This document shows positions 30,548-32,000 of a stretch of 32,000 bases of DNA, one piece after another. A program made the translations under genes and the position numbers. The stretch is from an uncultured Alphaproteobacteria bacterium. GTDB taxonomy: Bacteria > Pseudomonadota > Alphaproteobacteria > Rs-D84 > CACZYB01. Numbering within the stretch: the stretch's first letter is position 1; each line of letters begins with the position of its first letter. The notes below the pieces were generated by a model that searched no databases, was not told the DNA's origin, and was given only the letters and a program-made list of their open reading frames with translations. The stretch spans positions 132,817 to 164,816 of the forward strand of contig CAKQHZ010000002.1 in assembly GCA_934246625.1 (NCBI GenBank), read 5' to 3'.

Positions 30548-31831
30548 ATGCAAGTAGTTGAACAAATTGAAGAACATAGCTTTGGTGTAAGTTTGATTCT
30601 TTCATATAAACCTGAGTCTGGTATTGGGCAAAGGATTGCTCGTTCTTTGGATAATAAGTTTGGTTGGAAAAAAAATGTGGTTTCAAAACAACTTAATTTT
30701 GATAAGCCTATCGTTCTTTGTTTTGGTGGAGCAGGGATTGATGATGATAAATCCGCAAATGGTATTGCAAAGATTGTTCAGGGTATGCTTGGAAGAAACA
30801 ATATTTATGATAATGATGTTCAACTTTTTTCTGTTGTGTATCCAAAGGATTTGGAACGACTTGGCGATGAAAGAGCTAAATTCCTTCGTGGAGAAATTAA
30901 GAAAAAAATCGATTACATAGGACGAATTTATGAAACTATATTTATCCCAATGTTGCGATTTATTATTGAAAATGGTGATGATAAATCTTCACTTGATATA
31001 GTCAGAAAGCAATTTCGTAATATTACAATATTTTCACATTGTCATGGAAGTTTTGTTGCATGTGAGCTTATAAATTATTTAAAGGAAGGTTTTGAAATCC
31101 TTTGTAAAAAAAATACTATTTCAAAAGAAAATGCGGATAGCTTGATTGGTGAAATTACCAATATAATGCTTAGCCCTCGTGATGGGGTGCAATATAGCTA
31201 TGGTGCACTTAATCTTGGTTTTACTATGGCGACGGATAATCTTGAAGGTGGTATAAAGGAACCTCAACGTAAGGGATTTAATGTTGGTATTTCGAATTTT
31301 GCGGATAAACTTTTGGCTGGAAAAATTAAAGGGTGTGAAAGTTTTGGATTTAAAGATGGTGCCTTTTTTAATTTTTGGGATACGGACAGATTTGGTGCCG
31401 ATATTAAATTTATTGATGATATGGACGACTCTTTTTGTGGAAATGTTTCTGAAATGATTTATTCCAATATTTTTATGGGTAATCATTTCCATCTTTTTGA
31501 AAATTATTGTTCTTTGAATGGTGGTTTTGATGAAGATGGTGTTGGTGCAATTCTTAAAAATGAAAAGGGTAAAAATTTTACTTATATGATTGCGAGAGCT
31601 TTGCAAAATGCGGTTTCTCTTTCTTTGGCAGGTAAAAAACGCACCATTGAAAATGTTGTTTCAAATGCTACTCCGATTATTTATAATAAAGGAGATAAAG
31701 AAAGTAATCTTGATTTTTTTGATGTGAAGTTTGATGGTTCACTTGAAACTTTGTTTGCAAATTATAACAAGATGATTGGTGGGTCAAAAACATCTTTGAC
31801 TTTATCTGAAATTTCACAAAATCAAAGATAG
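30548..31831 (+). CDS. Large cytoplasmic-looking protein of unknown function (possible alpha/beta-hydrolase-like core with a Cys nucleophile elbow)
   Basis: 427 aa with no signal peptide. PIVLCFGGAGIDD is followed later by NITIFSHCHGSF, which fits beta-strand plus small-x-Cys-x-Gly, and this is only suggestive. I recognise no family. Confidence 0.55.
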   Translation: MQVVEQIEEHSFGVSLILSYKPESGIGQRIARSLDNKFGWKKNVVSKQLNFDKPIVLCFGGAGIDDDKSANGIAKIVQGMLGRNNIYDNDVQLFSVVYPKDLERLGDERAKFLRGEIKKKIDYIGRIYETIFIPMLRFIIENGDDKSSLDIVRKQFRNITIFSHCHGSFVACELINYLKEGFEILCKKNTISKENADSLIGEITNIMLSPRDGVQYSYGALNLGFTMATDNLEGGIKEPQRKGFNVGISNFADKLLAGKIKGCESFGFKDGAFFNFWDTDRFGADIKFIDDMDDSFCGNVSEMIYSNIFMGNHFHLFENYCSLNGGFDEDGVGAILKNEKGKNFTYMIARALQNAVSLSLAGKKRTIENVVSNATPIIYNKGDKESNLDFFDVKFDGSLETLFANYNKMIGGSKTSLTLSEISQNQR

Positions 31832-31842
31832 TCGATTAAAAA

Positions 31843-31870
31843 AGAGGAGTTTGTGGCTCCTCTTTTGTTT
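31843..31870 (+). terminator. Rho-independent terminator
   Basis: agaggag pairs with ctcctct, followed by TTTTGTTT. Confidence 0.55.
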
Positions 31871-32000
31871 ATCGTTTCATATAAAAATAATGCACAAAAA
31901 AATGAAAGAGTATCAGAAATTTCATAGTTTTGGATTATTTTGTTTATAAATGTAATGTTTAAAATAAAACTGAAATATAGTGATAGTATAAAGATAAATT

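Noticed and set aside
559-31606. Antisense or alternative-frame ORFs from the track, for example 559..873(-), 1093..1293(-), 2158..2418(-), 2710..3252(-), 3265..3492(-), 3740..4048(-), 3813..4073(+), 6114..6611(-), 9715..10053(-), 15583..15909(-), 16653..17183(-), 17553..17792(-), 20075..20311(+), 27328..27831(-), 27908..28294(-), 28329..28703(-), 30083..30274(-), 30624..30920(+), 31121..31606(-)
   Set aside because: Each lies inside, or opposite, a CDS with strong motif support. Their compositions are low-complexity (F/I/N/K/L-rich) and typical of shadow ORFs in AT-rich DNA, and they have no SD sites.

Overview
This is an AT-rich chromosomal segment, roughly one-third GC by eye (not computed). 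The backbone looks alphaproteobacterial: accB-accC, tRNA-Phe, ftsZ with a long acidic linker and a perfect DnaA box upstream, mipZ, tRNA-Arg, a DUF167 gene, a P-loop kinase-like gene, truA-fmt-def, rmuC, HU and dut. Four things stand out.

1. A stripped-down T7-like virion gene set lies in two pieces. The left piece (4452-12668) carries an endolysin-like gene, a scaffold-position gene, capsid, gp11-like, gp12-like, a fibre N-domain and the TerL N-fragment. The right piece (16080-18465) carries the portal and the TerL C-fragment. The terminase large subunit is cut cleanly in two. About 4.9 kb lies between the halves, holding an att-scar/repeat array, tRNA-Phe, ftsZ and the portal gene. I see no replication, integration, small-terminase or gp15/gp16-type genes in the window.

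2. A 1.5-kb array (12669-14153) contains about 8 copies of the tRNA-Phe 3'-end/terminator junction, including two exact-period 147-bp units. It also holds CU-rich stem-loop modules behind a near-consensus promoter and a dense AAGAATC/GANTC cluster.

3. A tandemly duplicated two-gene locus (26416-29888) encodes secreted, Cys-containing, glycine-zipper-rich proteins of no family I recognise. The first gene carries a G9 tract just after its ATG that currently breaks the frame, which looks like a phase-variation switch.

4. A secreted Cys-rich protein with 33-bp tandem repeats is preceded by a leader with mutually exclusive pairings.

All homology statements come from motif recall, not database searches. 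My hand-derived coordinates of non-CDS features may be off by 1-2 nt.
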